From positions 2,790,001 through 2,854,000 of the forward strand of contig NC_089436.1 in the NCBI RefSeq assembly GCF_026210795.1: 64,000 bases of DNA. Reading direction: 5' to 3'. The notes under the pieces were generated by a model, which searched no databases, had not been told where the DNA came from, and saw only the letters and a list, made by a program, of their open reading frames with translations. A program made the position numbers and the translations under genes. Origin of the DNA: Rhizophagus irregularis. Lineage: Eukaryota. Within the stretch, counting starts at the first letter, position 1. Each line of letters begins with the position of its first letter. Of this stretch, positions 12,139-24,392 are shown piece by piece.

Positions 12139-15100
12139 ATGTCAAATAAGACCGACCTTAAAAAATCAAAGGATTATATTAAATGGTTAGAAAAATCAAT
12201 TTCTAACGAATATTTCAATTTTCACGATTATTCAGAATTTAGTAATTTAAGCCCGATAGGAAGTGGCTCATATGGAAGTGTCGTTCGTGCTAATTGGAAA
12301 GATACTGATAAATTTTTCGCTTTGAAAACTTTTAACCATGATAAAATCACGTTAAAAGAAGTTGTCAACGAGGTAATTTATAATATTCTTAACTATAGTT
12401 GGGTGCCGAAACATTTCGGCATATAGCAATTGCCGAAACTATTGCCGAAATCCCAAACTATTAGACCATTACTAAATCTAGATATAGATTAAATTTTCAA
12501 TAAAATTAGGATTTTGGAAATGGCTTAGGATATTAGCAATGGGTTTAGGTTTTCAGATTTGGCAACTATATATACTAAAAGCTGAACTACTTTCAGTATA
12601 TGGTCAATAAATTTCGGCATATGAAGAGTTTCGGCACCCAACTATATAATCTTAACATAATACTTTTGTGCATATCCTAATTAAATAATATTCAAAAATT
12701 CTTTATAGATAAAATTACAAAAAAAAGTAGATTTTCATGACAATATTTTACGACTATGTGGAATTACAAAGATAGAAGCTGGTGAGTTGCTTGGTTTTAA
12801 TAATATTGTTAGTACGATTTTATTTTTTAACATATTGTCTTGATATGGGTATACAGAGAAAAAATATTCTTTAGTTCTGGAATACGCCGACAGTGGTACT
12901 TTAAAGACTTATTTAAGTAATCATTTTAATGAACTATTTTGGGATGATAAATATCAATTAGCATTTCAGTTAGCAAGTGCTGTTGAATATATACATAATT
13001 TTGATATTATTCATCGTGATTTGGTAATATATTAAAATTTTGAAATTTATTTTATTGATAATTTGATAATTCAAAAATTAACACTTTTTTTTAAATTAAA
13101 GCATGCAAATAATATACTTATACATCAGAAAAATATTAAGATAGCGGATTTTGGTTTGTCAAAAAAAATTGCTGAATCCAGTAGTATGTCAGAAGTGTTT
13201 GGCGTTATCCCTTATGTGGATCCAAAAAGTTTTAATAATCAATATAATAATTGTAATAAAAGTAAAAATTATAAATTAAATAAAAAGTCTGATGTGTATA
13301 GCGTAGGAGTTTTAATGTGGCAAATTTCAAGTGGACGTCGACCATTTTATGCAAATGATGTGAAATATGATATAGGTCTGGCTTTAGCTATACAAAAAGG
13401 TGAAAGAGAAAACATCATCGATGGAACTCCCGTTGAATATAGTAGAATATACACAGGTAATTGCTGTATATTTTTCTTCATTTAATAGAATATTATTAAG
13501 AATATTAATATATATATATTATTTATTTAATAGAATGTTGGAAACATGAGCCAGATGAACGTCCAAATATGCAAGAAGTTGTTTCAATTCTTAGATCAAT
13601 AATTCTCCTTGACCAACATCATATAATTGAAGATTATAATGATAATAATATTAAAGAAAAGGAAGATAGTTTGTTGCGAAAATCTTTAGATAGTATAAAT
13701 GATGATTTATTCTTGGATAATATATTAGATGCCATTAATTATGGAGATACAAGTTTACGATCTATTCAATCAACCATTATTGATGATGATTCTATTCAGA
13801 CAAAATCAAGAAATTCATTTGATTCAACATTCATTAATAACATTAATAATATCTTTGTTGATAAATTAATTTCAGTTATTATCAAAAAACATGATTCAGG
13901 TTATACTTTTGATCAAATCCAAGAACTAATTAATCAGAAAATATTACAATTGAATCAAATTACAAATAACCTTGTAAAATGGTTTAAGGAAAATCAAGAT
14001 AAATCAAAATATATTTGGTTTTTCGGATTATTTTATTATTATGATATCGAAATAGAAGAAAATAATAGTATTAAAGCATTTGAATTGTTTTCAAAAGCAG
14101 CAGATGATAATTATTCAATAGCTCAAGTTTATCTTGCTAAATGTTATAATGATGGATATGGAATTGAAGAAAATAAAAATCTAGCATTTAATTTGTACCA
14201 AAAAGCTGCAGAAAATGGAAGTATTATTGGGCAATTTTATTTAGGATATTGCTATGAATTTAACATCGGAACTGAAAAAAATGAAAATAAATTTATTGAA
14301 TGGTATCAAAAGGCAACTAATAATAAAAATACAATTGCAAAACTTTATCTTGCAAACTGCTACAAATTAGGAAAAGGAATAAAAAAAGATGAACTTAAAG
14401 CATTTGAATATTACAAAGAATTAGCAGAAATTAAGATAGCTGATGCTCAATATCAACTTGGAGATTGTTTTTATTATGGAATTGGGACAAAATCAGATAA
14501 GAACCAAGCACTATACTGGTATGAAAATGCAATAAATAATGGAAATATCATTGCAAAACACATTCTTGAGCAAAAGTATAATAAAATAATTGATATTAAG
14601 AAAACCAAAAGTATAGAAATTAAAATTCATAAGACAATATATTTTGAAGGATTAAGACAAATTGGAATTAATAATTATAATAGCCAAAATTATAAAAAAG
14701 CACTTTATTATTTTCAAAAGGCAGCAGAAAATGGAAATAAATTTGCATTATGTAATTTGGGTAATTGTTATAAAAATGGTGAAGGTATTGAACAAAATAA
14801 AAGAAAAGCTTTTAAACTATACCAAAAATCAGCTGAGCAAGGGCATATAAATGCACAATTTGAACTTGGATATTGTTATGATAGAGGGGTTGGAACTATT
14901 ATTAATAAAACTAAAGCATTTGAATTATACAAAATAGCAGCAGAAAAGGGTGATAAATCAGCACAAAATAATCTTGGTGTTTTGTATGAGAATGGTGAAG
15001 TCACAGAAAGAGATCTGGAAAAAGCTATTAAGTGGTATAATAAAGCAGCAGAAAATGGACGTGAAATACCGCAATATAATCTAGGTAGATGCTATCAATC

Positions 15101-15824
15101 TGGAATAGGTGTAATAAAGGATGAAGTCAAAGCTTTTGAATATTATAAGAGATCAGCTGAAAAAGAGTATTTAGACGCGCAATTTCAACTTGGATATTGT
15201 TATGATAAAGGTATTGGAACTAAAGTCAACAAAATAAAAGCAAATGAATTATATGTAAAAGTGTTTGAATTATCTAAAATAAAAGCTAAAGATGAGGATA
15301 GTCAGGGACAATTTTATTTAGGTTATTTATATTATTATGGTTATGGGAAAAAGAAGGATCTAGAAAAATCTATTTATTGGTACAAAAAAGCAGCAGAAAA
15401 TAGATATGATGAAGCACAATATTATCTAGGTGAATGTTATGAACTAGGAGTCGGTGTAGATAAAGATGAAAGTAAAGCTTTTGAACTTTATAAGAAATCA
15501 GCTGAAGATGGACTTATAGTGGCAAAATTTGCACTCGGATATTGTTATGTAAATGGTATTGGAACTGAAATTAATAAAAGAATAGGATTTGAGCTATACG
15601 ATGAAGCAGCCGGTAAAGACGGTAATATACAAAATAATTTTGGTGAAAATAATGTAGAAATAACAAACGAATTAGATAAAGTAAATTACTGGTATCATAA
15701 GGCCGCGGAAAATGATAATAAATTTGCGTTATATAAATTAGGTGAAATTTATGAATTGGGAAAAGGCGTTTATTTCAATGAAACAAGAGCATTGGAATTT
15801 TATAAAAAATCAGCTGATCAATGA
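12139..15824 (+). CDS. TKL-type protein kinase with C-terminal SEL1 repeats
   Basis: Five exons (12139-12372, 12709-12781, 12857-13023, 13102-13456, 13534-15824) join in frame. Motifs GSGSYG, FALK, HRDLHANN, DFG, PYVDP, SDVYSVG, CW..P..RP, followed by a long SEL1 array. Confidence 0.93.
12394..12646. mobile_element. hAT-like MITE in intron 1 of the kinase-SEL1 gene
   Basis: TIR TATAGTTGGGTGCCGAAAC ... GTTTCGGCACCCAACTATA; internal TGCCGAAA/TTTCGGCA repeats; flanks TTCTTAAC and (TA)ATCTTAAC look like a degenerate TSD. Confidence 0.8.
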
Positions 15825-17701
15825 TTATACATCGGTTTTGATACCGATATTAATGAAAAGGCTGCTAGAGAAAATGTCAATGCTTATAATATATATACTG
15901 TATATACAACAAATTATATAGTACCAGCTGAAATATAATTTATTTTTTAAATTATTATCTATAAAATAGATAAAAAATGATTCTCATTTGAAAAATTAAA
16001 AAAAATTCAAGAAACTTATAATCTTTTTATAACGACACATTCTATTATATTTGCTTTATATTTTATTCAGTAAATTTCTTAATTGCGCATAAATTCTTTT
16101 TAAAAAATTTGACATGAATTATTATAGACTTTAAACAGTTATTTAATGGCAAATTATTCTTTAAATTGTTTATGTTGTTCTAATAATTATATCCTACAGG
16201 TTGCAGTGATTCGGCGGAACTACATTCTTTCTATATTATATTACTTAATGTATAAATATTAAATCTAGTTGAAAAAATTTTATAATATTCAAATAAAATT
16301 AAAAAAATTTTTTTAATCGTGAAATAAAAGAAATAAAGTACAAAAATACATGTAAAAATAATAAAACGAATTATTTTTTTTGGATATGTTGGAACTTTTT
16401 TTAATTCTCTGATTTTTCCTTTTTCTTCTTTTTCTTGACGATTCTTTCATTAATTTATTAAATTTATGTTTGTATTTACTAAACGTTCAATTTTATAATG
16501 AAAATATGTGAATAGATATGTGTAAATTGTTATATGATTATAATTTTATATCATTATGACGCAATAAATCATAAATCAATATATACCAAGAATTTAAATA
16601 TAAATCTGTCTCTTAATGACTTGCGTAATGAACAAATTACCTAATACTAAGCATGAAATGTCAATTAACAAATTATAGCAATATGTTAACATTTACAAGA
16701 TAAATGTAAGTAGTAGTAGTAGTTACTATAGCTTTTAATTATTAATTAATGTAGCCTAGATATTTATGCGACTTGATGACTTAACATTGAGTTAGCTCCC
16801 TACAATTAATTTCCTGTTTAATGTTAACTGCATTTTTATAGTACTAAGAACACCGAAACCGTAGTTGAACAGCTATGAACATATACTGTATGTTTTTATA
16901 TACTGAGGAGTGAGAATACACCATTAGAACTGATGTAATAGAATACGAAATCACAAATTGCGGTTTGTGGAACAAAAATATTTTGATTACAGTTTATTTC
17001 AGCCACGTGAACATACTGTAAATCTTTTAAGATTTTTAATATATTTATTTATTTGTATCTGTTGTTATTCTAAAAATCAAAATCAAAATAAAAATATTTA
17101 TTTGACTACTGTTAAAAGTTGATACAAATCGAGAAAAAAATATATTCTTTCTGTTCTTTCTTTCAAAAGGACATGTCCGAAATTATAAAATTTTATGCGA
17201 TGCTATACTTAGCTTATTAATAACTGCGGTGGATAATTTTTCCGTATAAGAATTAGTTTAATTTTCAGCTATATATATAATAGTAATAGCGTCAGTCACA
17301 CGTGACCATGCTATTATTATGGTAAATTGATAATAGATTATGGTAAATTGGTAATAGTATATAAAAAGTATAATTAAACTGTAAAACTTATTAAAGGATT
17401 GATATTTAGCCGATAATAAAAACAGTCATTAACAAAAAATATTGGTCCGTCAAAATCCGCATGATCCAATAGTTAAGTAAAAAAAAAAGTTTATTTATTT
17501 GATCTTATCTAAATAAATTAATTATGTCTAAATTGTATTAAAATTAATTTTAAGATAAACATTCCTAAACATTTAAGCTATATTAATATAAAAATGTTAT
17601 TTAATGTATTAATCAAAATTTTGTGGTTGTAAGTCTGCTCAGAAACGAATTATGTATTAATATTTATGATCACACATCATAAAATACAATAACACTGCTT
17701 A

Positions 17702-18576
17702 CTAATAAACTTCATTTGAACTATGCTCTTTTTGGTTTTGCATCATTTCTTTTCTTACAATTTGGACAATATAATTTTGCAAAGCGTCATTTTCAGAAAT
17801 TGGAATCGTCTCTTGTCCATGATTGTAAACTTTCGTATTTTCTGAAATTGAAACTGCCTCCTGTCCGGGATTGTATACTTTTTCTGTATCTTGATTTTCA
17901 CTCTTATTTATTTGTTTAGAATCATGATAATTATTTCTATTGCTATCTGGGATGAGTATAATATTATTTTTATTAAACCTTTTGTATAAAAAGTAGCTAA
18001 CCGCTGTTAATAAACTAACACCGGTTAATAATCCTATTGCTTCTCCAACTATAATTGGTGTATTGTTCGTATTATTTGTTGCTTGTAGCCTTAATAGGAT
18101 TATTTGGAATAATAGAATTGGGAGATATTTTATTAGTTCCATACATGCCTTCCCTACAATGTGTAGAAACACCACAATAGAACCATATTTCTTCAGTAGC
18201 GTTTAATTTGGACGGTCATTGTATTAGGTGCCTCAAATATACCATTTGAAGCGAAAGCATTAGGCTTCGATGATTTTATGCAAGTTCCTGTTAGATTAGA
18301 TTCGATTACGTTATGTGCTCCACTAATCCACTTAAAGATGATCTATAACGAAAAATATGTAAATAATTTAATTATTATCTTTTTAAATTAAAAAAAAAAA
18401 AGTAAAAGGACTATTGTTATACATACTTTATCACCAACTTTGGCATATGCAGTTTGTGGGTCAAAAATATTTTCTCCATTTGGACCACCAACCTTAACTA
18501 ACACATCATCCGCATAAACGTATGTACATGTAATAAGTCCAAAAAAAAGTAAATAGATAGCGAAAGTTTTATTCAT
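17702..18576 (-). pseudogene. Frameshifted paralog of the membrane cupredoxin gene
   Basis: Exon 1 (18576-18427) and intron position match the 9310-10339 gene. Exon 2 from 18342 (IIFKWISGAHNVIES..) hits TGA near 18193. YCGVSTHCREGMYG and the TM/tail (GEAIGLLTGVSLLTAVSYFLYKRF..YNHGQE..LQNYIVQIVRKEM) are only reachable by frame changes; about three indels are needed. Confidence 0.8.
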
Positions 18577-20470
18577 ATTAACTCGATTTTATGGGTATGA
18601 ATTGAAAGGATAAAATTTTTCTAGTATTTTATATTTCCAAAGAATAAGATTATTTTTTGGTATTATGTTTCATTTTTTCTTTATTATAAGAGATCTGACG
18701 GATGATCCGATCTCAATCCGCCATCTGATCCGTTAAAAAATGCTCGTCTGATCTATGTATTACACGAGGATATAAAATAGCAGCTGAAAAGGGTATATTA
18801 TTGCAAAAAATTACCTTGATTTGTTGCATGAAATATAAAAGAGCTAGCTTTTAATGGTACAGACAGAAAATTAAATTTATCATTGTTATATAGTAACATA
18901 TGATAAATAAACGTATATTTTAAATGTTTTCATTTTAATAAATGGTTCAAAAAATATAATTAACAATGAATAATAAAAAATGGCCAATGACAATAACATA
19001 GTGTTGAGGAGAAAAAAAAGCAGCATTTTTCTTAAGATATTATAATAATAAAAAATGTTTTATTACTTTTATAATAAGATCATTTAACAAATTATTCTTT
19101 TATAGTTTTTATTATTTTATTATCGCAGTTTTCAGAATTCTGTGTACGTTGTGATTACTGAATGATTATAATTACAGGGACGATTACAGGACAACATTGT
19201 CCGATTTTTGTCCGATAAATCGTCCTGTAATCTAATAATTTTTTTATCAGATGATTTATAGGTGGGTAGCACAATTTTGAAAAGCACGATAATTAATAAA
19301 TATCTGTTTTTCGTGTTTTTCGTTAAAATTTGAGAAAAGCTAATAATATATGGATGTTTTTATACTTGTTAAATAATTCTACTTGACTAAAGAGTTAGTA
19401 ATATTAAAAAATCTATAAAAAACACGTGTATAAAACATTTAAATGTATAATAATATTCCATACTTAAACTTTCAAAATATATTTTTTTTTTTTTAATTAC
19501 TTTAGAATTTTTTTATTGTTTTAGTAAAATTTTTAAAAATGTTGTTAAAATAGAAAAATGGTAAAGAATAACCAAATTAATAAAGCTGATCGCGCGTCGC
19601 CACACAAACCAATCGTCACATTTCAGACGTGCTAATAAATAGACCATATTACATAAGAAAAAAGTTATAAATGTTACAAATTTTACAAAAATGAAAAATA
19701 AGCTTCAAAATATTGATTACAAAACTTCAAGTGTTCAAAATTGAAGCCAAAAGGAATCTACAAAAAGAACCAGTATTCAACGCTATATTGAAGCTAGTTA
19801 GTTGGATTTTACAAGAAGAAAGTGAATACCAGAGCCCGGCTGAAAACCCAAAGGGAGGTTATTATAAAGCAAACTGAAACAAAAGTGGAAAAAATGAATA
19901 TTAAATTCAACATACCTGACTTTTTGAAGAACCGATCCAGTTGAAACCTAAAGAAAAGAAAGAAAATACATATTGGTATTAAATAAAAAAGTAAAATTAC
20001 AAATAAAAAACTGAACTTATCGACCTTAATAAAGAATCTAGCTGAAAGTAGCTGACCAAACCCTAAAGAAACAGGTTATTAGTATAAAGGAATTGCAAAG
20101 AATGATGAACTTGTCTGTTTTCTTTCTTAAAGGAAATTGCCCAACTGAGTTTCCAAAAAAAATATAAAGCTTATTTTATTGAGGAAAAAAAAGATATTTT
20201 CATTTTTTACTTATTGATCTTTTATCAAAATGATATATTCAAAAAAGAAATGAGGCACTACTTTTTTTTTTAAAAAAAAAAGTAACGAAAAGAGCATATT
20301 TTTTTTTATTGTCAGGTTTATTAGTAAAGCACAAAAGCGGTTTTTAATTAAAATGTAATGTAAAGTGCCGTAACTGATAACCTATAAAAGGCGCAGTAGG
20401 TTTCTTTTAACGAATTTTTCAATTATTGCAAAAAAAAAAATACTTATATATTATTTATAATAATCTAATA

Positions 20471-20497
20471 GCGGCACGTAGTGCCGCGTTAGACTAT
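20471..20497 (+). mobile_element. Possible Helitron 3' terminus
   Basis: GC-rich hairpin GCGGCAC-GTA-GTGCCGC, 6 nt, then CTAT|T (canonical is CTRR|T); 5' end not identified. Confidence 0.45.
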
Positions 20498-21419
20498 TAT
20501 ATAGTTTAAGTCTTCCAATAATAATATTATCGGTTTGGCGGGCCAATAATTTTATGATTATGCTACTAATACATAGTAATTGTTTTATTATAAAATTTCC
20601 ATATTTATTTATTTTTTTTTTTAAAAAAAGTTTCGAAAAATAGCTTAAATTTGTTCAATATTGGTAAATAAATCTATGATGAAATTATACTTGCACTAGA
20701 TATAGTACAGTAAACTTAGTTGGATAGAAAGTTTCTTTTTTACAAATATTATAATTATTATCTTATTATTATTAAAATTCAGGGACCCGATATCTGGTGT
20801 ATTTTGAAAATTTATAAAGGTTTTTATAGTAAGAATCTTTATTATATCTTTTAGAGATTTACTATAAATCACAACTTTTTAAATAAAAACACGAATCATA
20901 GCAAATGATTAAATAATTCAGGTAATTAAGAAATTTCATAAATTTATCTATTTTTAAAGCTCACTAGATTTAATTATTTTATTACTTTATTTATGTTGGC
21001 TATGTTAAATTTTTTGTAAAAATAGAAGTTATATTAACCAACATAAATCCAACGTTAACTTTGCTATGATGACTTTTTAAATTTCATGTGTTAGTCAAAA
21101 CGTTTTATTCAACAGAGAAAGAGGAATCTTATAATATGTACTGTATATATGATACTGATGAATAAAAGATTTGTTCATGATAAGCAGATAAACTATTTTC
21201 AAAAAATAAAAAAATCTTGTCAACTATAAATGTTATAATTTGGTTAGTTTTAATTTGGTTAGTTTTGTGTGTCAATATTTTTACGTTTAAATGTTTTACA
21301 GAATACCTAAGACCGCAAAGTTCGATATACTATTTATAAATATTTCTTCTATTTTCTCATTTTCAAATTTCGTTGACATCTGAATAATTAATATATTTAA
21401 ATATGAATAACTGAAGATA

Positions 21420-21592
21420 TGGGGATGGCCAAAAATGACGTCATTTCTTGTTGTCACACATTTCTATTTTTAGCCACTTGTAGTTAATATAATTCTGGCC
21501 AGAATTGTTTTAATTTTGCATGATGATGACATCATTGACATGGGGGATTAAAAATCATAAAATTTAAATTACATCATTTCTGGCCATCCCCA
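21420..21592. mobile_element. MITE-like element
   Basis: TGGGGATGGCCAAAAATGACGT ... ACATCATTTCTGGCCATCCCCA inverted termini; no TSD seen. Confidence 0.65.
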
Positions 21593-21775
21593 AGCTTAAA
21601 CTTCCCAGTCTTTTGCCATCGATTAATTTATTATTGAGAATTTTTTTAATACTTTCCCATTTTACATTAAAATTTGATTTCGTTAAATTCAAATATTCAC
21701 CTATTATATATATATATTTTTTTCTTAAAAAAAAAAAAAATTGCACTGCATTTCTTTCCTTTGAGTACATATCAA

Positions 21776-22809
21776 TAGTGCTTCGACCCAGATGAAAACC
21801 GTCATCCGGATTACACAAAAAAAAATCCAGATTATATCCGGATTGACCCGGATTTTGAATCCGGATCAGATAATCCGGATAGAAACCGGAAACCGGATTG
21901 GATTTACAAATGATCGGCAATAATTCTGGCCAGAATTCATAACGCCTGCCAGAATTACAAATTGTGTAACATTAAATTTTCATGCCAGCCGATAAAAAAT
22001 TTTTTGCCCGGTGGCTAAACTATTTTTCTGGTGTCACGTGATGTTAATTTCGGCCAGAATTAACAAATTTGGCCAAAATTATCCAAGACCACGAAATTTA
22101 CATAATTCCAATTTCATTAAATACTTTTATTTAAAACAACTTCTTTTAAACAAGATATTTTTATATACAGCTAAAGATTACTATAAATAGATGTGTTGGG
22201 TTAGTAAGGTAATTTTTTAAGGATTTGTTTCTTCTTTCAAAAATTAAAGAATCATTTGAATCAAATTATATAACACTAGTTTTAATTTTTTAAAAAAGTT
22301 GTTATAATTATATAAATTTATAATATTGAACAATTTTTCATTTAAAACAATAATTATTATTTTGTTGTAACAAAAATAATATAAAGTTTTTTTTCTTTTG
22401 AACGTTTGAATGTAAAATCTAAAATTATTTGTTATTTGTTAATGTATAAATTTAAATAAACAAATCTGATACAAACTTCAATAAATAAATTATAATTGAA
22501 AAATCTTCTTAAACTTACTGTATTAAAAAGTTTAATATAACAAATATAAATTTAATAAATTTTAATAAAAAAAATTGGTATTAGGCGCAAAAATAATTAG
22601 CCATAATATCATTTAGATATAGATCTTTATGGATCAGCAAAATTATTATCAATAAAAAAAAAAATAATAAAAATTTCATCCGGATTCCGGGTCAAACCGG
22701 ATATTTTTCATCCGGTTTATAATCCGGATGAAAACCGTGAAAATCCAGATATCCGAAAAAAAAAAATCCGGATCAATCCGGATTGATTCGGATACGGGTC
22801 GAGGCACTA
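21776..22809. mobile_element. Non-autonomous hAT-like element, 1034 bp
   Basis: TIR TAGTGCTTCGACCC ... GGGTCGAGGCACTA, perfect 8-bp TSD CATATCAA on both sides, dense ATCCGG/CCGGAT subterminal repeats. Confidence 0.92.
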
Positions 22810-23102
22810 CATATCAAAAATACCTAGAACCACAGATCGCCTATTATACTATACTAATTCCATAAAAGCTGATATAATACGAATTATTGTCATTTTCTGC
22901 AGCTTTATAATCAATTTTCTTCATTTTTATTATTATTATTTTTTTAATATTCAAAATTAAAATGATAATAAATTTACAGATTATATTTTATTTTCTCATT
23001 ATGTAAAAATATCTGATTCGTTTATAAGATTTCAGATTTCATAATGAAACTTTCTTTTAACGAAGTAGATGAATTTCAGCTTATTATTTATTTATCATTA
23101 TT

Positions 23103-23295
23103 CCCTATAAAAAATTTTATCCGTTATTTCTGTAAAAACTTCGTAAAGATGAGCCTTCATGAATCATTCAAGGAAAATCGGAAAATGTAAATAATTTGAT
23201 AAATTCCGTAATATAAAGCTATTAATTCCGGAAATATGAGCCTTTTACGGAAAAAAAGACGGAATATAAAAAGTGGATCAACTTTTTTTACAGGG
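23103..23295. mobile_element. CCCTA-type MITE, 193 bp
   Basis: CCCTATAAAAAA ... TTTTTTTACAGGG with 3-bp TSD ATT; related in reverse orientation to 57906-58060. Confidence 0.85.
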
Positions 23296-24392
23296 ATTTA
23301 ATCTTAAACCATATTAATATTCACATTTTTTTGGAATGCTTTTCTTCAACCCAAATTTTTATAACACGCATATTTTTAAAATCTTTATAACTAAATTTAT
23401 TATTATGTGGCGCAGCCTTTTTGAATTTTCTTAGTTACACCGGGATATTTGTTTTAACTATACGAAATAAATTTTACATTCATTTACTTCTGGCGCTGAA
23501 ATCATACTATAAAAGTTTAAATTGAATATTTTGCTCTCTCCTCCCACTGATATTACTGTCCGTCTCTGCCAGAAGTTGGTGAAGAAAAGTATGATTTTAA
23601 CTTTGAAGCTTTGTAAAGTATTTTTGTTACAAGAAGACTTTAAATATACTCTCTTTATAAATTTTATAAAACATATATTTTTCTCCTTCGTTTGAAGTAG
23701 CTTCTTTCCCTTTATTTTTTAAGCTTATGAAAACATATAAAAGTATATGCTTTTGAGATTTGAAAAAAGATCGACTAGTATACATTAGTTTTGAAATTTG
23801 AACCAGTGAACTTTTCATTTTCTTGCTTGTGTAGGGAAAGACACCAAGCAGACATCTTTTTGACACCTCAAGCTTTTACCTTCGCAGTCTTAACCGGGAT
23901 TTTCTTGGGTTATAACTTATGACTTTTCTCTTTTCTAGTTATTTCTCGCTTTTCTATTTTTTTATATTTTCTTACTTTCTTTTGGGGTAGGCAGTTGGAA
24001 AATTGATTAACATTTGGTGACTTGGTGATTTTTCTATTTTGAGAGAGTCCGGTGATTTAGGGAGTACTGTACCAATGATGATGATGATGATCAGTTTTTA
24101 TATAATAGGATAATAGTTTATAGTTAAATGAATGCAATTTGGATATTTTTCTTTAAACTCCTTTTTGGAATCAGGCTAATTTTAGTTACAGTATAGGAAT
24201 AGTCATATTGGATTGGCGTTAATTTAGATAGTCATTTACATTTTACGTACCAACACTATGCCTTACTAAACTTTAATAAAATTTTACTAATTTCCTTTGA
24301 GTTTTTTATAGTTGTACAAGTTACACATGCATTTTTATTTGCTTAATAAAGCTTCACTTTAAAAAATACTCTGATAAAAACTATTTCCAAGA

